Below, one piece after another: positions 40,368-49,469 of a stretch of DNA of 64,000 bases. Origin of the DNA: Reclinomonas americana ATCC 50394. Taxonomy: Eukaryota. The translations under genes and the position numbers were made by a program. The notes under the pieces are model-generated. The model saw nothing but the letters and a program-made list of their open reading frames with translations. It was not told the origin of the DNA and did no database searches. The stretch lies in NCBI GenBank assembly GCA_048213135.1, contig PS015009.1:434001-498000 (forward strand), given 5' to 3'. Numbering within the stretch: the stretch's first letter is position 1; each line of letters opens with the position of its first letter.

Positions 40368-41162
40368 ATGTATACTACGCTTATTACCGAACTGAGTGAA
40401 GGCATTTTTACAATCACCATCAACAGGCCCGATAAACTGAACGCCCTGAATAAGGACGTGTTCAACGACCTGGATAAAGCCGTTGACGAAGTATACAGCA
40501 ACCCCGATATTAAGACCGCCATCATCACCGGTGCCGGCCCCAAGGCATTTGTAGCGGGCGCCGACATTACCGAATTCAACGGGCTGGATAAAGAACAGGC
40601 CATGGCATTGGCCAAACGCGGACAGGATGTTTTTTTCAAGATAGAGAACAGCCGTAAACCAATCGTTGCCGCGGTAAATGGTTTTGCGCTCGGCGGTGGC
40701 TGCGAATTGGCTATGGCCTGCCACTTCAGGTTGTGCAGCGAGAATGCCAGATTCGGGCAGCCCGAAGTGAACCTGGGCCTCATACCCGGTTATGGCGGCA
40801 CACAACGCCTCACCCAGCTTGTAGGAAAAGGCAAAAGCATGGAACTGCAAATGACAGCGCATATGGTTGATGCCAATGAAGCCCTTTCGCTCGGACTCGT
40901 TAATCATGTAACCACTGCCGAAAGCCTGCTCACGAGAACGCGTGAGATCTTATCCATCATACAGGCCAAAGCGCCGGTTGCCATTGGCAAAGTCATCGAA
41001 TGCATCAATGTGGCCGTGGTAAGCGACAGCGCCTACACCAATGGCAAAAGCGGCTACGATAAAGAAGTGGAAGCTTTTGGCGATTGTTTCGTAACGGATG
41101 ATATGAAGGAAGGAACAAGCGCATTCCTCGAAAAAAGGAAAGCGGTTTTCACTGGAAAATAA
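40368..41162 (+). CDS. Enoyl-CoA hydratase/isomerase family protein
   Basis: AFVAGADI, ALGGGCELAMAC and GQPEVNLGLIPGYGGTQRL motifs. Confidence 0.92.
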   Translation: MYTTLITELSEGIFTITINRPDKLNALNKDVFNDLDKAVDEVYSNPDIKTAIITGAGPKAFVAGADITEFNGLDKEQAMALAKRGQDVFFKIENSRKPIVAAVNGFALGGGCELAMACHFRLCSENARFGQPEVNLGLIPGYGGTQRLTQLVGKGKSMELQMTAHMVDANEALSLGLVNHVTTAESLLTRTREILSIIQAKAPVAIGKVIECINVAVVSDSAYTNGKSGYDKEVEAFGDCFVTDDMKEGTSAFLEKRKAVFTGK

Positions 41163-41174
41163 TACAAGTAAAGT

Positions 41175-42509
41175 TTACTCTTTGATGAAGTAAGCTTCAA
41201 TACTGCTTACGACGGTTTTCTCCCTCGCCTGTTTTCCCAATTTCAGGATCACATGCGTTGCCCGTGCCTGCGGGAAAGTGATGATGCGTTTATGCCCGAT
41301 GGTGGTGCCTTTTATTTCCTGCATCACTTCCATTTTTTCATCCAGTAACGTAATCGTGAATTCGTCACAGAACTGGCCTTTTTTAAGGTCTTCTTTCAAC
41401 ACAATACAATTGAGTGTTACCGGTTCGGGAAAAAGAATACCGGTATAGGCGCCGTGCCCGGAAAGTTGTCCTTCTGTTGCTTTCCCGGTAATGAGGTTTT
41501 TCTTAAACGCGTTTTGTTTCAGAGTGGCAAACCCAACCAATGCCGCGGAATCATTAGGATGAATTAATCCATTCGTATCCGGCGGTACATTCAGCAACAG
41601 GTTGGCGCCCCGGCCAACACTTTTCAAATAAAGATCGAAAAGTTGTTGCGGTGTTTTTACCTTGTCATTTTCTTCCTGGTGCCAGAACCATCCCGGACGT
41701 ATGCTTACATCGCATTCGGCAGGTATCCAGTATTTCCCGTAACGGTTGCCGGTGGTCAGTGTATCCTGTGGCGGTGCACCTGCTCCTCTTTTAAAGCCCG
41801 CGGTATCCAGGTAATTCCAGTTGGTAGTGCCCGCCAACCCGCTCTCGTTGCCTACCCAGCGTAGGTCGGGACCAATATCGCTGAAGATGACCGTTTGCGG
41901 GGATAGCTTCCTGACCAGTTTTTCAAAACGCCGGAAATCATACGCCTGCTTTTTTCCATCAGGGCCCTCGCCATTGGCACCATCCCACCACAACTCCCAT
42001 ATAGGTCCGTAATTACTGAACACTTCTTTCAGCATATTGGCGAATACATCATTATAAGCAGGTGTTCCGTATTTCGGATGATTGCGGTCCCACGGAGATA
42101 GGTATACGCCAAAACGCAGGTCATACTTTTTGCAGGCCGCAGACAGTTCCTTCAGCACATCACCTTTCCCGTTCTTCCATTTACTTTCCCTTACGGTATG
42201 CTTGGAATATTTACTGGGCCAGAGACAAAATCCGTCGTGATGCTTGGCCGTAATAATAATCCCTTTCGCTCCCGCCGCTTTGGCAACCCGGCACCATTGT
42301 TCACAATCGAGTTGCTGCGGATTGAATAATTCTTCCCGCTCATTACCATGCCCCCACTCCAGCCCGGTGAATGTGTTAGGCCCGAAATGAGCAAAGAGGT
42401 AAAACTCCATGTCATGCCAGGCGAGTTGCTGCGGCGTTGGTACAGGTTGCGTATATGCGTAACCGGTATACAACAGGAATACTACCAGCAGTGTTTTTTT
42501 CATGACCAT
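41175..42509 (-). CDS. Alpha-L-fucosidase (GH29)
   Basis: TAKHHDGFCLW, YLSPWD, WWDGA and ECDVSIRPGWF motifs. Confidence 0.9.
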   Translation of the reverse strand: MVMKKTLLVVFLLYTGYAYTQPVPTPQQLAWHDMEFYLFAHFGPNTFTGLEWGHGNEREELFNPQQLDCEQWCRVAKAAGAKGIIITAKHHDGFCLWPSKYSKHTVRESKWKNGKGDVLKELSAACKKYDLRFGVYLSPWDRNHPKYGTPAYNDVFANMLKEVFSNYGPIWELWWDGANGEGPDGKKQAYDFRRFEKLVRKLSPQTVIFSDIGPDLRWVGNESGLAGTTNWNYLDTAGFKRGAGAPPQDTLTTGNRYGKYWIPAECDVSIRPGWFWHQEENDKVKTPQQLFDLYLKSVGRGANLLLNVPPDTNGLIHPNDSAALVGFATLKQNAFKKNLITGKATEGQLSGHGAYTGILFPEPVTLNCIVLKEDLKKGQFCDEFTITLLDEKMEVMQEIKGTTIGHKRIITFPQARATHVILKLGKQAREKTVVSSIEAYFIKE

Positions 42510-42510
42510 T

Positions 42511-43956
42511 TTATTGCTGTACTTTAATTACCCAAACAAGGTCGCCATTGTGCTGCAGCCCCGCAGGCACATCAATCTCCGTTCCGCCTCCGGGCACCGT
42601 TTTCCAATTGATCTTTTTTCCGCTGGAAAGCAGGCTGAGGCGGGCACCCGGCGTACAACTGATCTTTTCCAGAATGAGTTTTTTTGCAGGAAATGTAAAA
42701 AGAAAAACATACCTGGTCTTACCATCTTTCGACTGTGTGAAGCGTATGTTTTCTCCTTCTGAAAAAGTGCTGTACATCCGCGTGTCATAAATAGATGCTC
42801 CGTTGCGTTTCATCCATTTTCCTATTTCCTTCAAACGGCTGTACGCTACGGTGTCCAGTTCTCCATCCGGGCCGGGCCCTATATTCAAAAGAAAATTACC
42901 ACCCTTGCTCACCACATCAACCAGTTTCCGCACCAGTTCATCCGCAGGTTTGTAAGTATCGCCTGCCACATAACTCCAGCTCGTGGCCATGGTCATGCAG
43001 GTCTCCCAGGGATAAGGCAATCCCTTTTCCGGAATATGCTGTTCCGGCGTAAGGTAGTTCTGGTAAATACCGGGAACGGCACGATCAACCACAATCAGCC
43101 CCGGCTGTTGCTTTCGGGCTTCTTTCACCAGGCCGGGCATATCAATATCCTGGCTTTGCGGGTTACGTGCCCAGCGGCTGTTTTCATATACCTCGTTCAT
43201 ATCTTTCGTAACATCACTGTCGCTTTTTGCCCTCACCCAGCCACCATCCAGCCAGAGGATATCGATCTTCCCATAATCGCTTAATAACTCCTTCACCTGC
43301 GTGTGGGTATAATCAACAAATTTTTTCCATTGCTCCGGGTACTTCTGTATAGAATAGTTGGGGTTCCTGTCCGACGGCGGGAAACGTTTCCACCAGTAAT
43401 AATCGCTGTGCCAGTCGGGTTTGGAGAAGTAGGCGCCAATGCGGAATTCTTCTTTCCTGAATGCGCTGAACACTTCTTTGGCGATATTACGGTTAGGACT
43501 ACCCGAAAATGGACATCCCGGGTCGGTTACCTTATAATCAGTAGTACGGGTATCGAACATACAGAACCCGTCGTGGTGCTTGGTGGTGAACACCACGTAT
43601 TTCATACCGGCATCTTTGGCGGCGGCGGCCCATTTGGAAGGATCAAAATGCAACGGGTTGAATGTCTTCTTCAATCCCTCATAAGCCCTTCGGTAATCCT
43701 CGTAATTATCGGCCACGCCTGGCTTACGCCCGCCGGTGGCCCAGCTCAGGTCTTCGGGGCAAATACTCCAGCTCTCCACAATGCTCCACTGGCTGTAAGT
43801 ACCCCAATGCAGCAGCAGGCCGAATTTAAGGTCCTTCCATTCTTCCAGGTGCCGCTGTACCAATGGGTCGGGATCGGGAAAATAGGCTTGTTCCTGTGCC
43901 TGCATGCGTACACACAACAGGAAAAAAACTACAGTCAGTAGATGTTTCTTAAGCAA
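42511..43956 (-). CDS. Alpha-L-fucosidase (GH29)
   Basis: TTKHHDGFCMF, LWLDGGW, WETCMT and GGNFLLNIGP motifs. Confidence 0.9.
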   Translation of the reverse strand: MLKKHLLTVVFFLLCVRMQAQEQAYFPDPDPLVQRHLEEWKDLKFGLLLHWGTYSQWSIVESWSICPEDLSWATGGRKPGVADNYEDYRRAYEGLKKTFNPLHFDPSKWAAAAKDAGMKYVVFTTKHHDGFCMFDTRTTDYKVTDPGCPFSGSPNRNIAKEVFSAFRKEEFRIGAYFSKPDWHSDYYWWKRFPPSDRNPNYSIQKYPEQWKKFVDYTHTQVKELLSDYGKIDILWLDGGWVRAKSDSDVTKDMNEVYENSRWARNPQSQDIDMPGLVKEARKQQPGLIVVDRAVPGIYQNYLTPEQHIPEKGLPYPWETCMTMATSWSYVAGDTYKPADELVRKLVDVVSKGGNFLLNIGPGPDGELDTVAYSRLKEIGKWMKRNGASIYDTRMYSTFSEGENIRFTQSKDGKTRYVFLFTFPAKKLILEKISCTPGARLSLLSSGKKINWKTVPGGGTEIDVPAGLQHNGDLVWVIKVQQ

Positions 43957-43963
43957 GGTGTAT

Positions 43964-45049
43964 TTATTTTTTATTCAGGTCAATGGCTTTGCCAATGGGA
44001 TGCGTTGCGGTATACGTATAGCCCAGCATTTTTGCCAGCGTTTGCGCATACTGTTCCTGGTACCACTGGCCTTCGATTTTCATTTCACCACGGGCATCGA
44101 TACCGGGTCCCATGGCAGCAAACCATATTTCGTGCGCATCAGCGATCTTATTGTTGTGACTGGTCCATTCTTTCTTCTCCTTATCGCCTCTTCCATGATC
44201 GGTGGTAATAAAGATCGCGGTTTTATTTTTATACTGCGGATCGCTTTGTACAAAATCCCATATCGCTTTCAGCCAGGCATCTACCTGGTGCGCCGCGTCG
44301 AGGTACGAGCGGTACTTACCGGCATGCGCCCATTCATCCGTCTCGCCATAAGCAATGTACAGGAACCTGGGCTTTTTAGTCCGCAGGTTTTCCATCGCTG
44401 CATAATGGGTGAACACATCCAGGCATTCTTCATCTCCGAATGGTTTGTACGAATCGGCCAGCATATTATTAATGAGCTTTTCCGCTGCTGCCGGTGTTTT
44501 GCCACCGCAGGGATCAAAGGCAGCCACCACAGGAATGCCACTTCTTTCCTCGTTCAGGATACGGTTGAACGCTTCCCAGGCGCCGAAAGCAGACACTTTA
44601 CCTTTAAAGCCCGGTTGCCGGTTCAAAAATTCCGGCAGGGTTATGTGCGGATTGGGTGCATAGCCATTGGAGTTGATGGCTGTATCCGGGTATCCCGTCA
44701 TGATCTCGTTATAACCCGGGTAACTGAACCAGTACGGATTGGCATTGTCGACTTTATTACCATATTGGCGGTTGCCGTATACCTGCCCTTTTGCAGCGAT
44801 ATCGCTCCATAAAAAAGGCATCAGTTTTTTTCTTCTTTCTTCGGCAGATGGCGCCCAGTAATGTTTGAAGAGTTCTGCGCTGTCGCCTTCGTTGTATTTG
44901 GAATTATTGGCAATAGCGGAGTCCATGCCCTTAAAAACATCCTGCCAGCGCATACCATCGGTAGTGATGAGGATGATGTTCTGCACCTGCTGTGCTTTTG
45001 TGGCCAGGGCCATCACCAGTAATACATTAAGGAAGACTATTTTTCTCAT
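43964..45049 (-). CDS. Alkaline phosphatase superfamily protein, secreted
   Basis: ITTDGMRWQ, SYPGY, DEWAH and TTDHGRG motifs. Confidence 0.78.
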   Translation of the reverse strand: MRKIVFLNVLLVMALATKAQQVQNIILITTDGMRWQDVFKGMDSAIANNSKYNEGDSAELFKHYWAPSAEERRKKLMPFLWSDIAAKGQVYGNRQYGNKVDNANPYWFSYPGYNEIMTGYPDTAINSNGYAPNPHITLPEFLNRQPGFKGKVSAFGAWEAFNRILNEERSGIPVVAAFDPCGGKTPAAAEKLINNMLADSYKPFGDEECLDVFTHYAAMENLRTKKPRFLYIAYGETDEWAHAGKYRSYLDAAHQVDAWLKAIWDFVQSDPQYKNKTAIFITTDHGRGDKEKKEWTSHNNKIADAHEIWFAAMGPGIDARGEMKIEGQWYQEQYAQTLAKMLGYTYTATHPIGKAIDLNKK

Positions 45050-45251
45050 GTTACAGGAGTTGAATATATAGGTGGTACAATGCTGCTAAAGTAACAAAAA
45101 CTGCCCATTGACAACCCCTGCCAAAGTAAAGTAATTCCTATTTCTTAGAATCCGCTACCAGCTCTATACTCATCATTCCTATTACCACCCGTAATTAGTA
45201 ATTAGTAATTCGCATTTATCTCTATTTTTGCAAAAAATCAAACCCCAGTAT

Positions 45252-46649
45252 ATGGACTACAGAATTGAAAAAGACACCATGGGCGAGGTGAAAGTGCCCG
45301 TAACCGCTTATTATGGCGCACAAACGCAACGCAGTATCGACAATTTCAAGATCGCACAGGACATCAACCGCATGCCGAAAGAGATCATCAGGGCGTTTGC
45401 CTATCTCAAACACGCGGCGGCACTGACCAACCAGGAAGCCGGGGTATTGCCCAAAAAGAAGGCCGACCTTATTGGCAAGGTTAGCAAAGAGATCCTGGAA
45501 GGCAAACTGGACGACTATTTCCCGCTGGTGGTATGGCAAACGGGCAGTGGCACCCAAAGCAATATGAATGTGAATGAAGTGATTGCTTACCGCGGGCATG
45601 TGATCAATGGCGGTAAGCTGAGTGATAAAGAAAAATACCTGCACCCCAATGACGATGTCAATAAATCGCAGTCGTCCAACGATACCTTCCCTACCGCCAT
45701 GCACATTGCGGCTTACAAAATATTACTGGAGACCACCATTCCCGGCATTGAAAAACTGAAGAATACGCTCGACAAAAAAGCGAAGGCTTTCAAAAAAGTG
45801 GTGAAGATCGGTCGCACCCACTGTATGGATGCTACACCGCTTACGCTTGGACAGGAATTCAGCGGCTATGTATCGCAACTGGAGCATGGTATTAAGGCCA
45901 TTAAAAATACACTCCCTCACCTCAGCGAACTCGCCCTGGGCGGAACGGCTGTAGGCACCGGCATTAATACGCCTCCCAAATATGATGTGAACGTGGCTAA
46001 ACACATCGCCAAACTCACCAAACTGCCTTTTGTTACAGCCAAAAACAAATTTGAGGCCCTGGCGGCGCACGACGCGATTGTTGAAGCACATGGCGCATTG
46101 AAAACAGTAGCCGTAAGCCTGATGAAGATAGCGAATGATGTAAGGTTATTGTCCAGCGGCCCCCGCAGCGGCATTGGCGAAATATTCATCCCCGATAATG
46201 AACCGGGTTCTTCCATCATGCCGGGCAAGGTAAACCCAACGCAGTGCGAAGCGCTGACGATGATTGCCGCCCAGGTGCTGGGTAACGACGTGGCTATCAA
46301 TATTGGCGGTGCCACCGGCCATTTTGAGCTGAACGTATTTAAACCGGTGATGATCTACAACTTCCTGCACAGTGCCCGCCTCATTGGCGATGGCTGCGTA
46401 AGCTTCAATGATAAATGCGCCGTTGGTATTGAGCCTATTAAAGAGAATATCAAAAAACACCTTGATAATTCCCTGATGCTGGTGACGGCCCTGAATACAA
46501 AGATCGGCTACTACAAAGCCGCCGAAATTGCGCAGAAGGCTCATAAAGAAGGCACTACTTTAAAAGAGATGGCGGTTAAACTGGGTTATGTAACACCTAA
46601 GGAATTTGACGAGTGGGTGATACCCGCCAATATGGTTGGAAAAATATAA
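45252..46649 (+). CDS. fumC: Fumarate hydratase class II
   Basis: [20 protein letters not shown] and [13 protein letters not shown] motifs; TATTTTTG -7 element at 45223-45230. Confidence 0.95.
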   Translation: MDYRIEKDTMGEVKVPVTAYYGAQTQRSIDNFKIAQDINRMPKEIIRAFAYLKHAAALTNQEAGVLPKKKADLIGKVSKEILEGKLDDYFPLVVWQTGSGTQSNMNVNEVIAYRGHVINGGKLSDKEKYLHPNDDVNKSQSSNDTFPTAMHIAAYKILLETTIPGIEKLKNTLDKKAKAFKKVVKIGRTHCMDATPLTLGQEFSGYVSQLEHGIKAIKNTLPHLSELALGGTAVGTGINTPPKYDVNVAKHIAKLTKLPFVTAKNKFEALAAHDAIVEAHGALKTVAVSLMKIANDVRLLSSGPRSGIGEIFIPDNEPGSSIMPGKVNPTQCEALTMIAAQVLGNDVAINIGGATGHFELNVFKPVMIYNFLHSARLIGDGCVSFNDKCAVGIEPIKENIKKHLDNSLMLVTALNTKIGYYKAAEIAQKAHKEGTTLKEMAVKLGYVTPKEFDEWVIPANMVGKI

Positions 46650-46670
46650 ACATTACAACATTTCTTTAAC

Positions 46671-46714
46671 ATACCCCGCACAGGCATTTTTCAGCTGGTG
46701 CGGGGTATTTCTTT
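46671..46714 (+). terminator. Terminator-like hairpin after fumC
   Basis: ATACCCCGCAC...GTGCGGGGTAT followed by a T-rich tail. Confidence 0.6.
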
Positions 46715-47133
46715 AAACCCTTTACTGTAGCGGGTTTCATCCGATTAAAATATCCTTCCTTTCCCGCATTTTTATTTTTCAGAAAGAAAAAGTTTCAAAA
46801 AATATTTTTTGTACTCTGAAAAATATCTATAAATTTATACTCATCCGATTTCAAACTGTCTTAAACTGTACCCTTATGAGAATGTTGCATTTTTCCTGCA
46901 AAATCTGTTTCTGCACTACGCTACATCAGGAATTCCATCTGCGTTTAAACACATCTGAAATTACACAAGGACGACTTTGGCATTAAAGAAATGCCCCGGG
47001 TTGTATCAACAGTAAAGTTCGTCCTGTTAAACCCACACACCGCTTCCATTATTACCGGTTTACCGGTTCGGTCATGATTATTCTTCTGCCCTAGGAATTA
47101 ATCAAGTTTTTTTTAACCAATAAATAAAAAACG

Positions 47134-47301
47134 ATGACTGAAAACAAAAATCTCGTTCAGGATTTGAAACAAGCCCTGTCCGTAATGGAACTCGAAGAAA
47201 GATTCGAAATGACAGCTGCTGCTGCAGATGCCCTGCGTTGCGGTGACAACAACAGTTGCACCATCAAAACAGAGGTTCCTACATCAACAGCTTCTGTGTA
47301 A
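47134..47301 (+). CDS. RiPP precursor peptide A1 (55 aa), not in the ORF track
   Basis: Hand translation: MTENKNLVQDLKQALSVMELEERFEMTAAAADALRCGDNNSCTIKTEVPTSTASV; paralog of A2 and A3. Confidence 0.88.
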   Translation: MTENKNLVQDLKQALSVMELEERFEMTAAAADALRCGDNNSCTIKTEVPTSTASV

Positions 47302-47319
47302 GCAGCATCCACTTGCTTA

Positions 47320-47347
47320 AGGGGCAGTAATGTCCGTTACTGCCCTC
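47320..47347 (+). other. Intergenic stem-loop after precursor A1 (repeated at 47570-47597; variant at 47830-47857)
   Basis: GGGCAGTAA-tgtccg-TTACTGCCC. Confidence 0.75.
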
Positions 47348-47383
47348 TCTTTCCTGTTTTTTTTAACCAATAAATACACACAA

Positions 47384-47551
47384 ATGACAAACAACAAAAA
47401 CATGGAACTGGAGCTGAAGCAGGCTCTGTCTGTGATGGAACTCGAAGAAAGGTTCGAAATGACAGCTGCCGCTGCCGACGCTCTGCGTTGCGGTGACAAT
47501 GACAGCTGCACCATCAAAACACAGGCGCCAACTTCAACAGCATCTGTGTAA
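47384..47551 (+). CDS. RiPP precursor peptide A2 (55 aa)
   Basis: MTNNKNMELELKQALSVMELEERFEMTAAAADALRCGDNDSCTIKTQAPTSTASV; start set by alignment with A1. Confidence 0.88.
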   Translation: MTNNKNMELELKQALSVMELEERFEMTAAAADALRCGDNDSCTIKTQAPTSTASV

Positions 47552-47633
47552 GCAGCAACAACTTGCTTAAGGGGCAGTAATGTCCGTTACTGCCCTCTTT
47601 AACCTGTTTTTTTTAACCAATAAATACACACAA

Positions 47634-47804
47634 ATGACAAACAACAAAAACATGGAACTGGAGCTGAAGCAAGCTCTGTCCATCATGGAACTGGAAGAAA
47701 GGTTCGAAATGACTGCTGCTGCTGCTGACGCTCTGCGTTGCGGTGACAACCAAAGCTGCACCATTATCGTACAGCCGGCACCTAAAGCAGAAGTGTCACT
47801 GTAA
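47634..47804 (+). CDS. RiPP precursor peptide A3 (56 aa)
   Basis: MTNNKNMELELKQALSIMELEERFEMTAAAADALRCGDNQSCTIIVQPAPKAEVSL. Confidence 0.88.
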   Translation: MTNNKNMELELKQALSIMELEERFEMTAAAADALRCGDNQSCTIIVQPAPKAEVSL

Positions 47805-47917
47805 TTCCTGGTTTCCAAAAGTCACATGTAAAGGGGCAGTATCATTACTGCTCCTTTATAGCCTGAAGAGGTCAACGTATTCATTTTTTACATCATGCAA
47901 AATATGTGCCGGTCAAT

Positions 47918-48094
47918 ATGAAAAACGATAAACTGAAAAGCCTGGTAAGGCAGATCGCGGAAAACACCACGGAAAAAAAGGAAAAGGATCCCGGGATATT
48001 GCAGAACCTCTCCCGTGATTTCCTGGCCAAGGAACTGAAGAAACAGGAAGACAATAAACACGTGATCACCGAATCACACAACATCACCCGGTAA
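47918..48094 (+). CDS. Small charged hypothetical protein (58 aa)
   Basis: MKNDKLKSLVRQIAENTTEKKEKDPGILQNLSRDFLAKELKKQEDNKHVITESHNITR; ends 13 nt before the rSAM start. Confidence 0.55.
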   Translation: MKNDKLKSLVRQIAENTTEKKEKDPGILQNLSRDFLAKELKKQEDNKHVITESHNITR

Positions 48095-48107
48095 ACCGTT
48101 AAAGATC

Positions 48108-49460
48108 ATGAAATTCGCCCTGTCCTATTATACGATCGCGTCCGACGCTTTTATGTCCGCTAAATATGAACTGCCTGTTCGGGTATTGTACAGCTCCCGT
48201 TCGGGTAAAGCGCTTACCATCAGCGACAGCCTCTATGACAAGATCAGTATGAATGATTATTCCGGCCTGTCGTATGAAGACCTGGAACAACTGATTGAAA
48301 CGGAAGCCATTGTTCCTGAAGGAGAAAATGAACTGGAAACCGTAATCAGTGCCAATAAGGGCGAGCTGAACGACAGTACCACACTGAGTTACATTATACA
48401 ACCTACGGCCCAGTGCCAGCTGGGCTGCGACTATTGCGGGCAGGCACATACCAAGAAACAGATCGACGCCGACATGTACGAGAATATTCTGAAAAGGATC
48501 GAGTACAAACTGCTGACCGGTATATACACAACACTGCGTATATCCTGGTTCGGATCTGAACCGCTGGTGGGCCTGCGCAACATACGTGAACTCACTCCCC
48601 GGCTTAAGCTGCTGGCCGAAGCTTATAACTGCCGTTACGGTGCCGCCATCGTTACCAACGGACTTTCCCTCAAGCCCAATATTTATAAGGAACTGGTGAC
48701 GGAGTACGACATCGACGGTATCGAAATCACACTGGACGGCGTTGCCGAGTTCCACGACAAAAGGAGGCACACTAAAGAAGGTGAAGGAACTTTCGACATC
48801 ATTTTTAAAAACCTGCTGGCGGTATGCGACAGTGAAACATTTGAAAAGAGCAATACGCAAATTTCCATTCGTTGCAATATCGATAAAAGAAATTATGAAG
48901 GTGTGTCGCCGCTTATACAACTGCTGGCAAAGCATGGATTACAGAAGAAAATAAAATTCTATCCCTCTCCCATTCACTCGTGGGGCAATGACGCTCATAC
49001 CCTGTCCCTGGAGAAAGAGGAATATGCTAATAAAGAAATTGACTGGATCATTGAAATGGCGCAGCACGGCTTCCCGCTTACCGGCCTTATTCCCGGCACC
49101 AAAAGAAGTGTATGTATTGCCGTTACCGGCGACGCGGAAGTGGTTGACGCCTATGGAAATATTTTCAACTGCACCGAAGTGCCTTATGTTCCAATATACG
49201 AGAACTCGGATTATATACTGGGCAATATCAAATCAACACCCGCTGACGTCACCATTACCAAAAGATCTTTCCAGGACTGGAACGACCAGGTGCTGAACGA
49301 TAACAATACCTGCTCTACCTGCAAGATGCTGCCCGTATGTGGCGGCATGTGTCCCAAATCCTGGGCGGAAGGCATTGCGGCCTGCCCAAGCAATAAATTC
49401 AACATCAAGGATAAACTGGTACTCGCTTACATGTATACCAATAACGAATTACCCGCTTAA
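48108..49460 (+). CDS. Radical SAM/SPASM peptide maturase with putative N-terminal RRE
   Basis: CQLGCDYC (CX3CX2C); WFGSEPL, VTNG, ITLDG; SPASM cysteines C...GNIFNC...CSTCKMLPVCGGMC...C. Confidence 0.9.
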   Translation: MKFALSYYTIASDAFMSAKYELPVRVLYSSRSGKALTISDSLYDKISMNDYSGLSYEDLEQLIETEAIVPEGENELETVISANKGELNDSTTLSYIIQPTAQCQLGCDYCGQAHTKKQIDADMYENILKRIEYKLLTGIYTTLRISWFGSEPLVGLRNIRELTPRLKLLAEAYNCRYGAAIVTNGLSLKPNIYKELVTEYDIDGIEITLDGVAEFHDKRRHTKEGEGTFDIIFKNLLAVCDSETFEKSNTQISIRCNIDKRNYEGVSPLIQLLAKHGLQKKIKFYPSPIHSWGNDAHTLSLEKEEYANKEIDWIIEMAQHGFPLTGLIPGTKRSVCIAVTGDAEVVDAYGNIFNCTEVPYVPIYENSDYILGNIKSTPADVTITKRSFQDWNDQVLNDNNTCSTCKMLPVCGGMCPKSWAEGIAACPSNKFNIKDKLVLAYMYTNNELPA

Positions 49461-49469
49461 TACGGCCCT

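Noticed and set aside
39935-41162. B12-binding protein and enoyl-CoA hydratase as part of the lipo-RiPP cluster
   Set aside because: They are separated from it by the fucosidase operon, fumC and a terminator, and are common housekeeping genes.
46876-46986. 36-aa Cys-containing ORF (MRMLHFSCKICFCTT...) upstream of the precursors
   Set aside because: No similarity to A1-A3 and no other support; it probably arises by chance in the promoter/leader region, though translation cannot be excluded.
47330-47633. ORF-track starts at 47330 and 47580 (MSVTAL... extensions)
   Set aside because: These ATGs lie inside the intergenic hairpins. Alignment with A1 and the A-rich initiation context support 47384 and 47634.
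47100-47860. CRISPR-like or non-coding 250-bp repeat
   Set aside because: Each unit contains an intact ORF with synonymous substitutions, so it is a tandem gene triplication.
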